Shown here: positions 50,882-61,892 of the stretch, piece by piece
Numbering within the stretch: the first letter of the stretch is position 1
Layout: every line of letters begins with the position of its first letter
NCBI GenBank assembly: GCA_963662585.1
Contig: OY759729.1
Span: 2,624,001-2,688,000, forward strand
Length of the DNA: 64,000 nt
Direction of reading: 5' to 3'
Origin: Candidatus Cloacimonadales bacterium
GTDB taxonomy: Bacteria; Cloacimonadota; Cloacimonadia; Cloacimonadales; JAFGVF01
The notes under the pieces: model-generated
What the model saw: only the letters and a program-made list of their open reading frames with translations
What the model was told of the DNA's origin: nothing
Database searches by the model: none
Translations under genes and position numbers: made by a program

Positions 50882-51829
50882 ATGAATAATAAAATTGCTT
50901 TTGTTTTTCCTGGTCAAGGTGCCCAGTATGTCGGAATGGCAATGGACTTCGTTGAACAAGAACCTGAATTAAAAGAGATTTTAAATAAATTTGATAGAGA
51001 TAATAGCGTTGAGCTCTTTAGAATTATGTCTGAAGGACCTGATACAGATCTTACTGATACTAAATTCACTCAACCAGCTATTTTGTTCCACTCAATTGCT
51101 GCGTGGAAAACCTTAACCAGCAGATTAGAAATCACACCAAAATTTGTCGCAGGACACTCTCTTGGAGAATTTACTTCTCTAGTTGCAAATGGTGTGCTGA
51201 CTCTAAGTGATGCTATGTATTTAGTTCATAGAAGAGGGCAGTTTATGATTGAAGCTAATGAAGGGAAACCTTTTGCTATGGCTGCAATTATGGGCCTTGA
51301 TAGTCAAGCAGTTACAGAGCTTTGTAAAGAGGCTGAAGATGCTGGTATTGTTATTCCAGCTAATTTTAATTCACCTGTACAAACTGTTATCTCTGGCAGT
51401 AAAGAAGGTGTCGAGAAAGCTATGCAAATAGCAAAGAGCAAAGGAGCTAAAAGAGCTATTGCTCTGAATGTAGGTGGACCTTTCCACTCTCCTTTAATAG
51501 AGAAAGCTGGAGTCTGGCTTCAAGAAGAAATGGAAAAGATGTCCTTCCAAGATACAACAATTCCTGTAGTTTCTAATGTAGATGCTCTTCCTCATAACTC
51601 TTCTGATAAAATTAAAGAGAATTTAGCAAAGCAAGTTACCTCTTCTGTCAGATGGATTGAATCTGTTGAATATATGATAGACAAGGGTATAGAGCTTTTT
51701 GTAGAGTTTGGTCCTCAAAAAGTTCTTAGTGGTATGATAAAGAAGATTGACAAAAATATCTCTGTTGTAAATATTGATAAATTAGAAGATATTGAAAATG
51801 CTATTGAGGTAATTCAAGAATATGTATAA
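50882..51829 (+). CDS. fabD: Malonyl-CoA:ACP transacylase
   Basis: FPGQGAQ, GHSLGE, GPFHS motifs. Confidence 0.96.
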   Translation: MNNKIAFVFPGQGAQYVGMAMDFVEQEPELKEILNKFDRDNSVELFRIMSEGPDTDLTDTKFTQPAILFHSIAAWKTLTSRLEITPKFVAGHSLGEFTSLVANGVLTLSDAMYLVHRRGQFMIEANEGKPFAMAAIMGLDSQAVTELCKEAEDAGIVIPANFNSPVQTVISGSKEGVEKAMQIAKSKGAKRAIALNVGGPFHSPLIEKAGVWLQEEMEKMSFQDTTIPVVSNVDALPHNSSDKIKENLAKQVTSSVRWIESVEYMIDKGIELFVEFGPQKVLSGMIKKIDKNISVVNIDKLEDIENAIEVIQEYV

Positions 51830-52565
51830 TATGAAAAATAAAGTTGTGTTAGTAACTGGCTCTGGTCGTGGTATCGGATTCGGTATTGCTCAGAAGTTTG
51901 CTGAAATGGAAGCAAAAACAGTAATCTTGGATATTAATCAAGAAATTGTCGATAAGGCAGTTGCAGAACTAAATCAATTGGGATTTACTGTCTATGGCTA
52001 CGCTTTAGATGTTACTAATTCAGAACTAGTAGAAAGCGTTTTAAAGCAAATTAATAAAGATTTAGGTAGTCTAGATGTTTTAATTAATAATGCTGGAATT
52101 ACTAAAGATAATCTTCTAATGAGAATGAAAGAATCTGAATGGGACGCAGTAATTAATGTTAACCTCAAAGGTACTTATAATTGTACTCAGAAGATTTGTC
52201 GTTACATGATGAAACAAAAGAGTGGAGTGATTATTAATATTGCTTCAGTTATTGGTATTATGGGTAATGCAGGACAAGCTAATTATGCTGCTTCAAAAGG
52301 CGGGATAATAGCCCTTACTAAATCCACAGCTAAAGAGTTGGCTTCTAGAAATATTAGAGCTAATGCGATAGCCCCTGGATTTATTGAAACAGATATGACA
52401 GCGTCCTTAAGCCCAGATGTAGTAGAAAGTTATGCTAAAGCTATTCCTCTTGGTAAAATGGGTAAAGCTGAAGATATAGCAAATTTATGCTTATTCTTAG
52501 CTTCTGATGGAGCTAAATATATAACAGGTCAAACCATCAATGTTGATGGTGGACTTATAATGTAA
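51822..52565 (+). CDS. fabG: 3-oxoacyl-ACP reductase
   Basis: [19 protein letters not shown] motifs; operon context. Confidence 0.96.
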   Translation: MYNMKNKVVLVTGSGRGIGFGIAQKFAEMEAKTVILDINQEIVDKAVAELNQLGFTVYGYALDVTNSELVESVLKQINKDLGSLDVLINNAGITKDNLLMRMKESEWDAVINVNLKGTYNCTQKICRYMMKQKSGVIINIASVIGIMGNAGQANYAASKGGIIALTKSTAKELASRNIRANAIAPGFIETDMTASLSPDVVESYAKAIPLGKMGKAEDIANLCLFLASDGAKYITGQTINVDGGLIM

Positions 52566-52606
52566 GTAGAAATAAAGAAAAAAGAAAAATAACCATGGAG
52601 GAACTA

Positions 52607-52840
52607 ATGGATATTGAAGCAAAAGTAAAACAAATTATTGTTGACGAATTGAGTGTTGAAGAGAGTCAAGTAACTAATGAAGCTAAATTTATTGAAGATT
52701 TAGGTGCTGATTCATTAGACACAGTAGAACTTGTAATGAAGTTTGAAGAAGAATTCGATATCGAAATTCCAGACGAAGATCAAGAGAAATTGAGATCAGT
52801 TGGTGAAGCTGTAAGTTATCTTAAAGGAAGATTAGCTTAA
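52607..52840 (+). CDS. acpP: Acyl carrier protein
   Basis: [12 protein letters not shown]; ggagg RBS before the ATG at 52607. Confidence 0.97.
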   Translation: MDIEAKVKQIIVDELSVEESQVTNEAKFIEDLGADSLDTVELVMKFEEEFDIEIPDEDQEKLRSVGEAVSYLKGRLA

Positions 52841-52855
52841 TTAAAGCATGATTAC

Positions 52856-52897
52856 TTTGAGTTAAGGCTTCTCTCAATTGAGAAGGCTTAACTCAAA
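52856..52897 (+). terminator. Long hairpin between acpP and fabF
   Basis: 17 paired bases with one G-G mismatch; followed by ttgtttttt. Confidence 0.65.
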
Positions 52898-52926
52898 TTG
52901 TTTTTTAAAAAATCTAAGGAATATTT

Positions 52927-54168
52927 ATGAAAAGAAGAGTTGTAATTACGGGACTGGGTGCTGTTACTCCTGTAGGGTTAAATGTAGCAAGTTTATGGGA
53001 AAGTTTGCTATCAGGTAAATCAGGAATCAGTTTAATAGAAAAATTTGATACAACTGATTTTACTTCAAAGATAGCTGGTGAAATTAAAAACTTTAATCCT
53101 GAAGACTATTTTGATAAGAAAGAGATTAAAAAATTAGACTTATATACTCAATTTGCTTTAGTCGCTGCTAGAGAAGCTATGAAAGATGCAGGCTTAAATC
53201 CTGAAAATTACGATCCTGAAAGAGCAGGTTGTGTGATGGGTGCCGGTATTGGTGGTATTTGGACTTTCCAAGAGGAAACTGAAAAGTTCTTTAATAAAGG
53301 AGCTAAAAGAGTAAGTCCATTTTTCATCCCTAAGATGATTTCCAATATTGCAGCGGGTCATGTTGCTATCGAGAATAACCTCAAAGCAATTAACTTTAAT
53401 GTTGTGAGTGCTTGTGCAAGTGCTAATCATGCTATTGGTACATCTTTAAGATCTATTCAATATGGTGATGCAGATATCATCATAAGTGGTGGAGCTGAAG
53501 GTGCTGTTAATCCTATGGCAATGGCTGGTTTCTGTGCTATGAAAGCATTAAGTACAAGAAATGAAGAACCTACAAGAGCTAGCAGACCTTTTGACAAAGA
53601 ACGCGATGGTTTTGTAATGTCTGAAGGTGCTGGAATGTTAGTATTAGAAGAGATGGAACATGCTTTGGCTCGTGGAGCTAAAATTTATGCAGAATTAGTA
53701 GGCTATGGTGCCTCTTGTGATGCTTATCATGTTACTGCTCCTGCTGATGGTGGTGAAGGTAGTGCTCGCGCTATTAACTTCGCTATCAAAGATGCTGGAT
53801 TAACTCCTGCTGATATTGATTATGTTAATGCTCACGGAACTTCTACTCCTCTTAATGATAAGAATGAAACTGCAGCAATAAAAACAGTTTTTGGTGCTGA
53901 TGCAGGGAATATCTCAATAAACTCAACCAAATCAATGGTGGGACATATGTTGGGTGCTGCTGCTGGTATTGAAGCTATTGTTTGTTGTTTATCAATCAGA
54001 GATAGCAAAGTTCACGCAACACTAAATTATGAAAACCCTGATCCTGAATGTGATCTTAACTATACACCTAAAAATACAATAGATAAAGAAGTTAGAGCAG
54101 CTGTTAGTAATTCTCTTGGTTTTGGAGGACATAACTCTGCTATCGTAATTAAAAAATTTGTAAAATAA
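52927..54168 (+). CDS. fabF: 3-oxoacyl-ACP synthase II
   Basis: SACAS, NAHGTST, KSMVGH, NSLGFGG motifs. Confidence 0.97.
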   Translation: MKRRVVITGLGAVTPVGLNVASLWESLLSGKSGISLIEKFDTTDFTSKIAGEIKNFNPEDYFDKKEIKKLDLYTQFALVAAREAMKDAGLNPENYDPERAGCVMGAGIGGIWTFQEETEKFFNKGAKRVSPFFIPKMISNIAAGHVAIENNLKAINFNVVSACASANHAIGTSLRSIQYGDADIIISGGAEGAVNPMAMAGFCAMKALSTRNEEPTRASRPFDKERDGFVMSEGAGMLVLEEMEHALARGAKIYAELVGYGASCDAYHVTAPADGGEGSARAINFAIKDAGLTPADIDYVNAHGTSTPLNDKNETAAIKTVFGADAGNISINSTKSMVGHMLGAAAGIEAIVCCLSIRDSKVHATLNYENPDPECDLNYTPKNTIDKEVRAAVSNSLGFGGHNSAIVIKKFVK

Positions 54169-54172
54169 TATA

Positions 54173-54196
54173 GAAGGGGGACTAGTTCCCCCTTTT
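54173..54196 (+). terminator. Terminator after fabF
   Basis: aaggggga-ctagt-tcccccttttc. Confidence 0.75.
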
Positions 54197-54262
54197 CACT
54201 AGATACTGTGAAAAGAGTAGCGTTACTACTTTTTTCAGAGTTTCTTCTGAGAAAGGAGCTTT

Positions 54263-55030
54263 ATGAAGCAATTAATTAAATCGTTAATTGACCATTTCAT
54301 CAAGGTCGAAAAGACTAATTCTGAGGGATGGGATAGAAAATTAGATGAACTGCAAGCAAAGATAGATTATAGATTTAAAAATACAATTTTATTGAAGAAT
54401 GCCTTAACTCACGACTCTTATTACAAAAAAGAAGAGAGAGTTAATAGCGATTTATCACCTTTTGAAAGAATGGAATTCCTAGGGGATTCTGTCTTGGGCT
54501 TAGTTATAGCTCAAGAGTTATTTGTCTTATTCCCTCAAAAACAAGAAGGTAATCTCTCCAAACTAAAATCTAAAATTGTCTCTGAGAAATTTCTCACTAT
54601 GAGATCAAATGAAATTGAATTAGGTGAATACCTACTTTTGAGTTCAGAAGAAGCCAGAAGCGGAGGAAGGAAAAAACCTTCTATTGTTTCTGATTCTATG
54701 GAATCACTAATTTGTGCTATCTACTTAGATGGAGGAATGACGGTCGCTCGTAAGTTTATTAAGAAGTTTATTCTGAATAAATTTGAAGATTATGTTAATA
54801 GGGAAGAGCTGATTAATTACAAAAGCATTTTGCAAGAATATACTCAATCTAAATATCAAATACCACCTATTTATCAAGTAGTTTCCGAAAATGGACCTGA
54901 TCATCAGAAAGAATTTTTAGTTGAAGTATTCATTAAGGGCACTTCATTCGGGAAAGGAAGAGGGGCTAATAAGAAGAGTGCTCAACAGCAAGCAGCTAAA
55001 GTTGCTTGTGAAAAAATAAAGATTAAATAA
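54263..55030 (+). CDS. rnc: Ribonuclease III
   Basis: ERMEFLGDSVL signature; C-terminal dsRBD. Confidence 0.97.
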   Translation: MKQLIKSLIDHFIKVEKTNSEGWDRKLDELQAKIDYRFKNTILLKNALTHDSYYKKEERVNSDLSPFERMEFLGDSVLGLVIAQELFVLFPQKQEGNLSKLKSKIVSEKFLTMRSNEIELGEYLLLSSEEARSGGRKKPSIVSDSMESLICAIYLDGGMTVARKFIKKFILNKFEDYVNREELINYKSILQEYTQSKYQIPPIYQVVSENGPDHQKEFLVEVFIKGTSFGKGRGANKKSAQQQAAKVACEKIKIK

Positions 55031-56010
55031 TGCAAGTTTTCCCTGTATTTTTACCTCTTAAAGGTTGTCCTTTTAGATGTATTTATTGTGATCAATATCT
55101 AATTACAGGTTCAGACCATTTTAATCTAGATGAGCATTTAGCAGATATTGCTAACTTTTGTCGCAAGCACCAAGATGTAGAAAAGGAAATTGCCTTTTTT
55201 GGCGGAACTTTTACAGCTCTTGATCTGACATGGCAAAGAGAACAATTCACTAAATTATCATCTTTCATCAATGATAAGACAGGCATTCGTTATTCTACTA
55301 GACCTGATTGCTTAACTAAAGAAGATTTAGATTTAGCAAGAGAGTTGGGGGTTAAAACTATAGAGTTAGGAATTCAAGACTTTTCAGATGAAGTCTTAAA
55401 GAAAAGTCGGAGAGGCTATAGTCAAGCTAAAGCAATAGAAGCATGTAAGTTAATTAAATCTTATGACTTCAATCTTGGTATCCAAATTATGCCAGGATTA
55501 CCAGCTTTCTCTCAGGATAGTCTAAAAGAAACTCTAGCTATTATTTTAGAGTTAAAACCAAGCTTTGTTAGAATATATCCTACGGTTGTATTGCAAGGAA
55601 CAGTCTTAGCTGACTTATATTCTCTGGGAGAATTTAAGCCTTTACAATTAGATGAAGCAATAACTATTTGTGTAGATTTATACCAAGAATTCACTGAGCA
55701 TAATATCAAAGTGATTAAGATGGGTGTACAAATAGATACTATTGATCCTAAAGCAATTATCGCTGGTCCTTATCATAAAGCTTTTGGAGAATTAGTTCAA
55801 TCTAATATTCTTATCAATGAATTATCTAAGCAAATCCCTCACGATGCTAAAGAGCTTGAAGTTATCTCACCTAGAAAGTTAGTATCCAAGTTAACAGGTC
55901 ATTCCAACTATGGCTTAAATCTTCTAAAACAAAAGCAGGCAGACAAAAAAATCAAATTAACTGTTGACACTAATTCGGATAAGTGTTTTATTAGAATAAA
56001 CTCAAAATAA
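55030..56010 (+). CDS. Radical SAM protein (Elp3/YhcC-like)
   Basis: CPFRCIYC, FFGGTFT, STRPD, ELGIQ, RIYP motifs. Confidence 0.9.
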   Translation: MQVFPVFLPLKGCPFRCIYCDQYLITGSDHFNLDEHLADIANFCRKHQDVEKEIAFFGGTFTALDLTWQREQFTKLSSFINDKTGIRYSTRPDCLTKEDLDLARELGVKTIELGIQDFSDEVLKKSRRGYSQAKAIEACKLIKSYDFNLGIQIMPGLPAFSQDSLKETLAIILELKPSFVRIYPTVVLQGTVLADLYSLGEFKPLQLDEAITICVDLYQEFTEHNIKVIKMGVQIDTIDPKAIIAGPYHKAFGELVQSNILINELSKQIPHDAKELEVISPRKLVSKLTGHSNYGLNLLKQKQADKKIKLTVDTNSDKCFIRINSK

Positions 56011-56022
56011 AAGAGAGGCAAA

Positions 56023-57534
56023 ATGAAACATATAATTATCTTTTTACTAGTTGTTTTTTTGGTTTCTTGTGGGATAACAGATTTCGAGATGCCAACTTGG
56101 GATGTGGAATTTACTTCTATTCCTTTAATGAACGAGGATTTCCCAGCTTCCGATCTAGCAGGTGAAAATATCATTATTGAAGATGGTTTACTTATTGGTA
56201 TTATCGACGATCAATTGGAGGAAGCGACACCTGAGTTATCAAAGAATATTGTCGATGTAACCCCTAATGTTTCTTTGCAAAGTAATAACTCAGTTGCAAT
56301 TAGATTTGAAATCCAATCAATTAATTCTAACACTTCTTTTAGAATTATAGATGGGAAATTTGAATCAGGTGAGATGAATGTTTTTTTTGTAGGGGATGTT
56401 AATAATTTTAATGAACTTCAGCTTACTTTTGGCCAATTACTTACAGAAGATGGGGCGGAACTTGTCTTAGTCCTTCAACCTGGAGATTTTGTTGATAACC
56501 AATATATAATAGATTTAGCTGGATTGACTCTAGCAGACCAAAATATTGATGGCGAATTCTGGTTAATTGATATAGATGTTTTTGCCAATAGTTCTTTACC
56601 AAATGGCACTAATGTAGGTCAAATTAGATTATCGATAGATGATGAATTATTTTTTAGCAGCTTCACTGGTTTTATAAATGATGTCAGAACTTTAGATACA
56701 GAAACTAATGTTGATATTGATTACCCAGAGAATGTAGAAAATGCAATTATCTTAGATGAAATTTCTATGTATTTTGATATTTATAATAAAATTGGTTTTG
56801 AATTTGAATTGATGGGTGATCTGATAGCTTATAAAGAAGGTGTCGTAATAGATTCAATTAAGATTGAAGATTTAGAGGGTGTTGATTTTACTATCCAAGC
56901 AAGTGCAAGTGAGGGAGAAGAGACTCTTACAAGAATTGAAGTCATTAATAATGATAGAATTAACCACATGCTTAGATTAATGCCTGCTAAAATAGCTTTT
57001 TTAAATCCTACTTATAAAGTCTTTAATTTAGATGATGCTATCCCTGGATTCGTTTCAAATCAGCACACTATTAGGAGTGATTATAAAATTGAAATCCCTC
57101 TTAAAGCTACATTTAATGACGATTTTATTATTTATCCAGATAAAGTTTATGAAGTAGAGATTAGTCCAGATAACCAAGATCTTATCAATGATAATATTAA
57201 TAACTCGAAAATTAATTTAACTTTAATCAATGATTTCCCAATTGGTGGCCTTCTAGATCTGTTTATCTCTTCTGTTGAATTGGAAGCAGATTCTTTGGCT
57301 CTTGAACAAGCTGAATTGAAATTTTTAAATTATAGCATCGAAGTAAGCAATGATGAACAAATGTATGAATTGGAGTTAACTAAGGAAGATTTAGATCTTT
57401 TCCTCAGAGATATAGTTTATATGAGAGCAAGGGTTCGCTTCTATAATAGTGATGGGGTAGTAGCTATTTTAAATGAAAATAATCTCAATGTGAAGGGTTC
57501 ACTTGATATTTCTTTGAAAGTAGAGGTTAATTAA
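56023..57534 (+). CDS. Hypothetical acidic lipoprotein
   Basis: Lipobox LVSC; PTWDV motif near the N-terminus. Confidence 0.78.
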   Translation: MKHIIIFLLVVFLVSCGITDFEMPTWDVEFTSIPLMNEDFPASDLAGENIIIEDGLLIGIIDDQLEEATPELSKNIVDVTPNVSLQSNNSVAIRFEIQSINSNTSFRIIDGKFESGEMNVFFVGDVNNFNELQLTFGQLLTEDGAELVLVLQPGDFVDNQYIIDLAGLTLADQNIDGEFWLIDIDVFANSSLPNGTNVGQIRLSIDDELFFSSFTGFINDVRTLDTETNVDIDYPENVENAIILDEISMYFDIYNKIGFEFELMGDLIAYKEGVVIDSIKIEDLEGVDFTIQASASEGEETLTRIEVINNDRINHMLRLMPAKIAFLNPTYKVFNLDDAIPGFVSNQHTIRSDYKIEIPLKATFNDDFIIYPDKVYEVEISPDNQDLINDNINNSKINLTLINDFPIGGLLDLFISSVELEADSLALEQAELKFLNYSIEVSNDEQMYELELTKEDLDLFLRDIVYMRARVRFYNSDGVVAILNENNLNVKGSLDISLKVEVN

Positions 57535-57536
57535 TC

Positions 57537-58796
57537 ATGAGAAAGAGTACTTTACTTATAACTATTTTTCTTTTAACTGTTTTGTCAGTATCAGCCTTAA
57601 CAGATTCTTATTCTATGGCTTTTGCTGATAGTTATTTCTCAAGAGCCAAGGGTGCTGGTGCATTGCACTGGAATCCTGCTAACATTGGAGAGAAAGCTTA
57701 TTTAGATTTGCCTATCTTAAACACTAATATAAACTTAACAAATAATCTCTTTAACTTAGATATGAATGGAATTTCTGGTAAATATCTAACAGATAAAGAT
57801 AAAGAAGATATCTTAAAAGAAATTGACGGTAGCTTTGTGGTTGATGGCTCTTTTAGAACAGTAATTATGGGTATTTCAGATAGTAATAAAGCTTTTAGTA
57901 TAGGATTAAATGCTTTGGTAACATCAAAAATATCTGAAGAATTCATTAAAATCAGCCTTTATGGAACTGAAGCGGATAATTATCATTTCAATAAGAATGA
58001 TTTTGATTATAATCTTCTTTCTTATGCAGATCTATCTGCAGGTATTGGTGGTTTAAAACTAGCTAAGGTTATTCCAGCTTTAAACAATACTGATATTCCT
58101 GAAATTGAATATGGCTTTTCAGGAAGTATTCTTACTGGGATTGCTAATATTCAATCAGCTTCTTTCACTGCTGACTATGTTTCTAACATGACTGAAGGAC
58201 TTAATACTGAAGCTAATCTCAAGCAGAATGAGGGCTTTGGAGGTCTAGGATTAAAATTTAATCTTTCATTCAATTCCCAGATTAATGAAAAGCTATCTGC
58301 GGGTATGGGATTTGATAATATTTTAGGATTCATCACTTGGACAGGTAAAACCAGTGTTCGTGAAAATAAATACTGGACTGAGGGAGTTTTCATTTCTGAT
58401 TTAGGTGAAGATATTTTATCTGATGAAAATGATGTAAAAGATGTATCAAACTACACAACCAAGTTACCTGTGATTTATCGCTTTGGAACACTTTATGACT
58501 TTGGTAACATTGATTTATCTCTTGATTATAAACATACTTTTAATGACAATAGTTATAACTTAGGAAGAAATAGTATAGCTTTAGCAACAGATTTAAAGTG
58601 GATAAACTTCTTACCTTTCCAACTAGGAATTAAATTAGGTGATGGAGATAATCTTGTCTCAACAGCTTATGGACTTACCTTCAAAGGTAACTATTTCCAA
58701 ACAGGTTTTTCCATGCAAGTAGCAGATACTATATTCCCTGGAAAGAATTCAAAGTCACTATCTTACGGTATTCATACCCAACTTAGTTTAAATTAA
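57537..58796 (+). CDS. Probable outer-membrane beta-barrel protein (FadL/DUF5723-like)
   Basis: Signal peptide, WNPA motif, amphipathic strands, DNILGFITW. Confidence 0.68.
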   Translation: MRKSTLLITIFLLTVLSVSALTDSYSMAFADSYFSRAKGAGALHWNPANIGEKAYLDLPILNTNINLTNNLFNLDMNGISGKYLTDKDKEDILKEIDGSFVVDGSFRTVIMGISDSNKAFSIGLNALVTSKISEEFIKISLYGTEADNYHFNKNDFDYNLLSYADLSAGIGGLKLAKVIPALNNTDIPEIEYGFSGSILTGIANIQSASFTADYVSNMTEGLNTEANLKQNEGFGGLGLKFNLSFNSQINEKLSAGMGFDNILGFITWTGKTSVRENKYWTEGVFISDLGEDILSDENDVKDVSNYTTKLPVIYRFGTLYDFGNIDLSLDYKHTFNDNSYNLGRNSIALATDLKWINFLPFQLGIKLGDGDNLVSTAYGLTFKGNYFQTGFSMQVADTIFPGKNSKSLSYGIHTQLSLN

Positions 58797-58810
58797 GAAG
58801 AACTAACCAA

Positions 58811-60790
58811 ATGATATTTATTGCTTTAATAATTGCCTCAATATTCTCTTTTGTTATGTACAGGAAGACATTTCCTGAACTCTCGTTACAGAGGAGAGGA
58901 ATTTTATTTTTCCTAAGACTAATCTCATTATGGATAGTGCTAGCATTTTTATTAATCCCTATCTATAAGGTAACAAAAGTAGCTTGGCAAAAACCAAAAG
59001 CAGTTGTTTTGCTAGATAACTCCGATAGTATGGAACTTCTACAAAATAATAAAACAAAATCTGAAATTATTAACTCCTTTCTTGATGAGATTAAGGATGA
59101 TTTAGCTAAGAATTTTGAAATAGAGTATTTTAATTTTGCTGCCTCTCTAGAGGGAAATCGTAATAATAGCGATTTAATCAAGACTACTGAAGAACTATTC
59201 TCGCAAAGTAGCAATAATCCTACTGAGATTTTCCTCTTATCAGATGGTTACTTCATCAATAATAAATTTGCTCAATTGAGGGATTATCCATTTAAAATTA
59301 ATACTTTTAGCTTCTCCAATCAGCAGATTGAGCAAAAGCCAAAATTTCTTAATGTGAGATCTAATAGAACAACTTTTCTTAATGATCCTACTCCTATAGA
59401 GTTAACCACTAACTCGCAAGGTGCACAAAATCTAACCATTGTGATTAAAGATAAAGATAAAACGCTTCTAAGAAAAAATATTACAGAGACAGATTCTAAT
59501 ATTGTTAAGCATCTGCTTCATCTTAAATTTGATAAAGAGGGTTTATACGAACTCTCTATAATTCTCCAAGATAATAAAGAAGAGTTTGATACAGCTAAGT
59601 TGGTCGTTAAAGTAAATGACGATCAAAGCAATGTCGTTATCTTAACAGATTCGCCAGATTGGGATGTCAAGTTTATTAAGGACGCAATCAAATTAGATAA
59701 TCGCTTTAATTACAGATTTGTTACAGTAAAAAATAGAAAGTTATGGGAAGCTAATACAGAAATATCTCTTAGTGAGCTTCTCTCTGACTGCCAATTGCTA
59801 ATTCTTAATAATGATAATAGACTTCTTCTAAATACTAATGAGAGTGATTTAATCAAGAATAAGGTTGATAAGGGACAAAATTTGTTTCTTATTGGAGATA
59901 TTATCAACGGTTTAGATGACTACTATCCTGTTAGTAAATCCCAAATCGATAGGCAATATGAAGGAAAGATTATTCCTGGGATAGTAACTAAGAATTATAC
60001 TACCTTTAATGACTATTTACAGGATTTTCAAGATTTCCCACCTGTGAAGTACAGGTACTACACTCTCAAAAACAGATCTCAAGAAATTGCAACTATGGAT
60101 AATATGGATAGATCTCCAGCAATTACTGCTTTTAAGCTTAATGAAACAAAAATTCTTCATTTTGCTGTTGAAGATTTTTGGCGATTTGCAATGCGAGTTG
60201 ATAAGGATAAATATCAAGACTTTATGCTTAATATTGTCCAGTGGCTGAGCTCAAAAAGTGGTGAAAATTTCCTAGTATCAACTGATAAAGATGGCTATTA
60301 TTTTGGAGAAACAATCAACTTTAATGCCTCAATATTGGATGAGAAAGGCGATTTTATCTCTCAGAAAAAGCTTAAATTGGAAGTCAAAGATGATAAAAAC
60401 ATAGCAGTACTATCTGATTTCTTATTATGGAAAACTGATAATTACTCCTATGAATTGAATGATTTAAAAGCAGGTAACTACTTCTACAAAGTTACTGATA
60501 ATGATACTAAGCAGATGAAAGAAGGAAACTTTATTATCTTTAATAATTCGCTTGAACAAGCTCATTTAGATTTTAATAATGTTGCTCTCAATGAAATTTC
60601 TAATATTACTAATGGACAGAACTTTGCTAGTGAAGATATTAATTCGATGCCTGAACTACTCAAGAGAGAGAAAGTCTCGATAGATCTTTATAGTGAATTC
60701 AAAATTCTCTATAATAACTATTTCTTGTTACTAGTAATATTGTCTTTCTCAATTGAATTATATTTCAGAAGAAGATGGGGCCTACTATAA
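58811..60790 (+). CDS. Membrane-anchored vWA-domain protein
   Basis: N-terminal TM segments, LLDNSDSM (MIDAS-like), LLSDG, C-terminal TM plus ELYFRRRWGLL. Confidence 0.8.
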   Translation: MIFIALIIASIFSFVMYRKTFPELSLQRRGILFFLRLISLWIVLAFLLIPIYKVTKVAWQKPKAVVLLDNSDSMELLQNNKTKSEIINSFLDEIKDDLAKNFEIEYFNFAASLEGNRNNSDLIKTTEELFSQSSNNPTEIFLLSDGYFINNKFAQLRDYPFKINTFSFSNQQIEQKPKFLNVRSNRTTFLNDPTPIELTTNSQGAQNLTIVIKDKDKTLLRKNITETDSNIVKHLLHLKFDKEGLYELSIILQDNKEEFDTAKLVVKVNDDQSNVVILTDSPDWDVKFIKDAIKLDNRFNYRFVTVKNRKLWEANTEISLSELLSDCQLLILNNDNRLLLNTNESDLIKNKVDKGQNLFLIGDIINGLDDYYPVSKSQIDRQYEGKIIPGIVTKNYTTFNDYLQDFQDFPPVKYRYYTLKNRSQEIATMDNMDRSPAITAFKLNETKILHFAVEDFWRFAMRVDKDKYQDFMLNIVQWLSSKSGENFLVSTDKDGYYFGETINFNASILDEKGDFISQKKLKLEVKDDKNIAVLSDFLLWKTDNYSYELNDLKAGNYFYKVTDNDTKQMKEGNFIIFNNSLEQAHLDFNNVALNEISNITNGQNFASEDINSMPELLKREKVSIDLYSEFKILYNNYFLLLVILSFSIELYFRRRWGLL

Positions 60791-60830
60791 AGATTTCTCT
60801 TGCTTAGATTTGTTACCTTGGGAGGATAAA

Positions 60831-61892
60831 ATGAAATTAAGAAAAAAAACTAATAAAATTAAATTAGGTAATCTCTATATTGGTGGTGATGCTCCAATAA
60901 CTATTCAGTCTATGACTAATACTAACACTGCGGATGTAAAAAGCACTCTTGAACAGATTCATCAGCTTGAAGAGGCTGGTTGCGAAATTATTAGATTAGC
61001 AGTGCCTGACCAAGCATCAGCAGAAGCTCTTAAATATATTTTACCTGAAGTTAACATACCAACCATAGCCGATATTCATTTTGATTATAAACTTGCCCTT
61101 GCTTCCATTAAAAATGGTATTGAAGGCTTAAGACTAAACCCAGGGAATATCGGGGAAGAGTGGAAGGTTAAGGAAGTAATAAAGGCTGCCCAGGAGCGTT
61201 CTATTCCTATTAGAATAGGAGTTAATGGTGGTTCTCTCTCTCAGAAAATTATTAAAAAGTATGGCTTTGGGGAAGAGGCGATAGTTCAATCAGCTTTAGA
61301 ACATGTCCATATTCTAGAAGATAATAACTTTACAGATATCAAGATTTCGGTAAAATCTTCTAATCTTGATTTAATGATCAAGTGTTATGAGAACTTAAGC
61401 AGTAAAGTAGCTTATCCTCTTCATCTTGGAGTAACCGAAGCTGGAACTTTTACTCGGGGAACTATTAAATCCTCAATGGGTATTGGTATGCTTCTTTATA
61501 ATGGAATTGGTGACACTATTAGAGTCTCCCTTACTTCTTCTCCAGTTGATGAAGTGCTTGTTGCTAGAGAAATTCTGCTTAGTTTAGGTCTAAAAAATGG
61601 CATGGAAATAATATCTTGTCCCACTTGTGGCAGAACTAAGATAGATTTAATAGGATTGGCTGAAAAAGTAGAAGAAAGACTGACCCCATTTAAAAATAGG
61701 AATATCACTGTTGCTGTCATGGGATGTATTGTTAATGGTCCTGGAGAAGCAAGAGAAGCTGATTATGGTTTAGCTGGGGGAACAAAGGAAGGACTTCTCT
61801 TTAAAAAAGGTGAAATTATTAAGAAAGTTCCTGAAAGAGAATTAGTTGAAGAATTATATCAAATGATAGCTGCTGATTTCCCTGATGAATAG
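60831..61892 (+). CDS. ispG: 4-hydroxy-3-methylbut-2-en-1-yl diphosphate synthase
   Basis: QSMTNT, ADIHFD, RLNPGN, HLGVTEAG, CPTCGR, MGCIVNGPGE; ggagg RBS before 60831. Confidence 0.97.
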   Translation: MKLRKKTNKIKLGNLYIGGDAPITIQSMTNTNTADVKSTLEQIHQLEEAGCEIIRLAVPDQASAEALKYILPEVNIPTIADIHFDYKLALASIKNGIEGLRLNPGNIGEEWKVKEVIKAAQERSIPIRIGVNGGSLSQKIIKKYGFGEEAIVQSALEHVHILEDNNFTDIKISVKSSNLDLMIKCYENLSSKVAYPLHLGVTEAGTFTRGTIKSSMGIGMLLYNGIGDTIRVSLTSSPVDEVLVAREILLSLGLKNGMEIISCPTCGRTKIDLIGLAEKVEERLTPFKNRNITVAVMGCIVNGPGEAREADYGLAGGTKEGLLFKKGEIIKKVPERELVEELYQMIAADFPDE

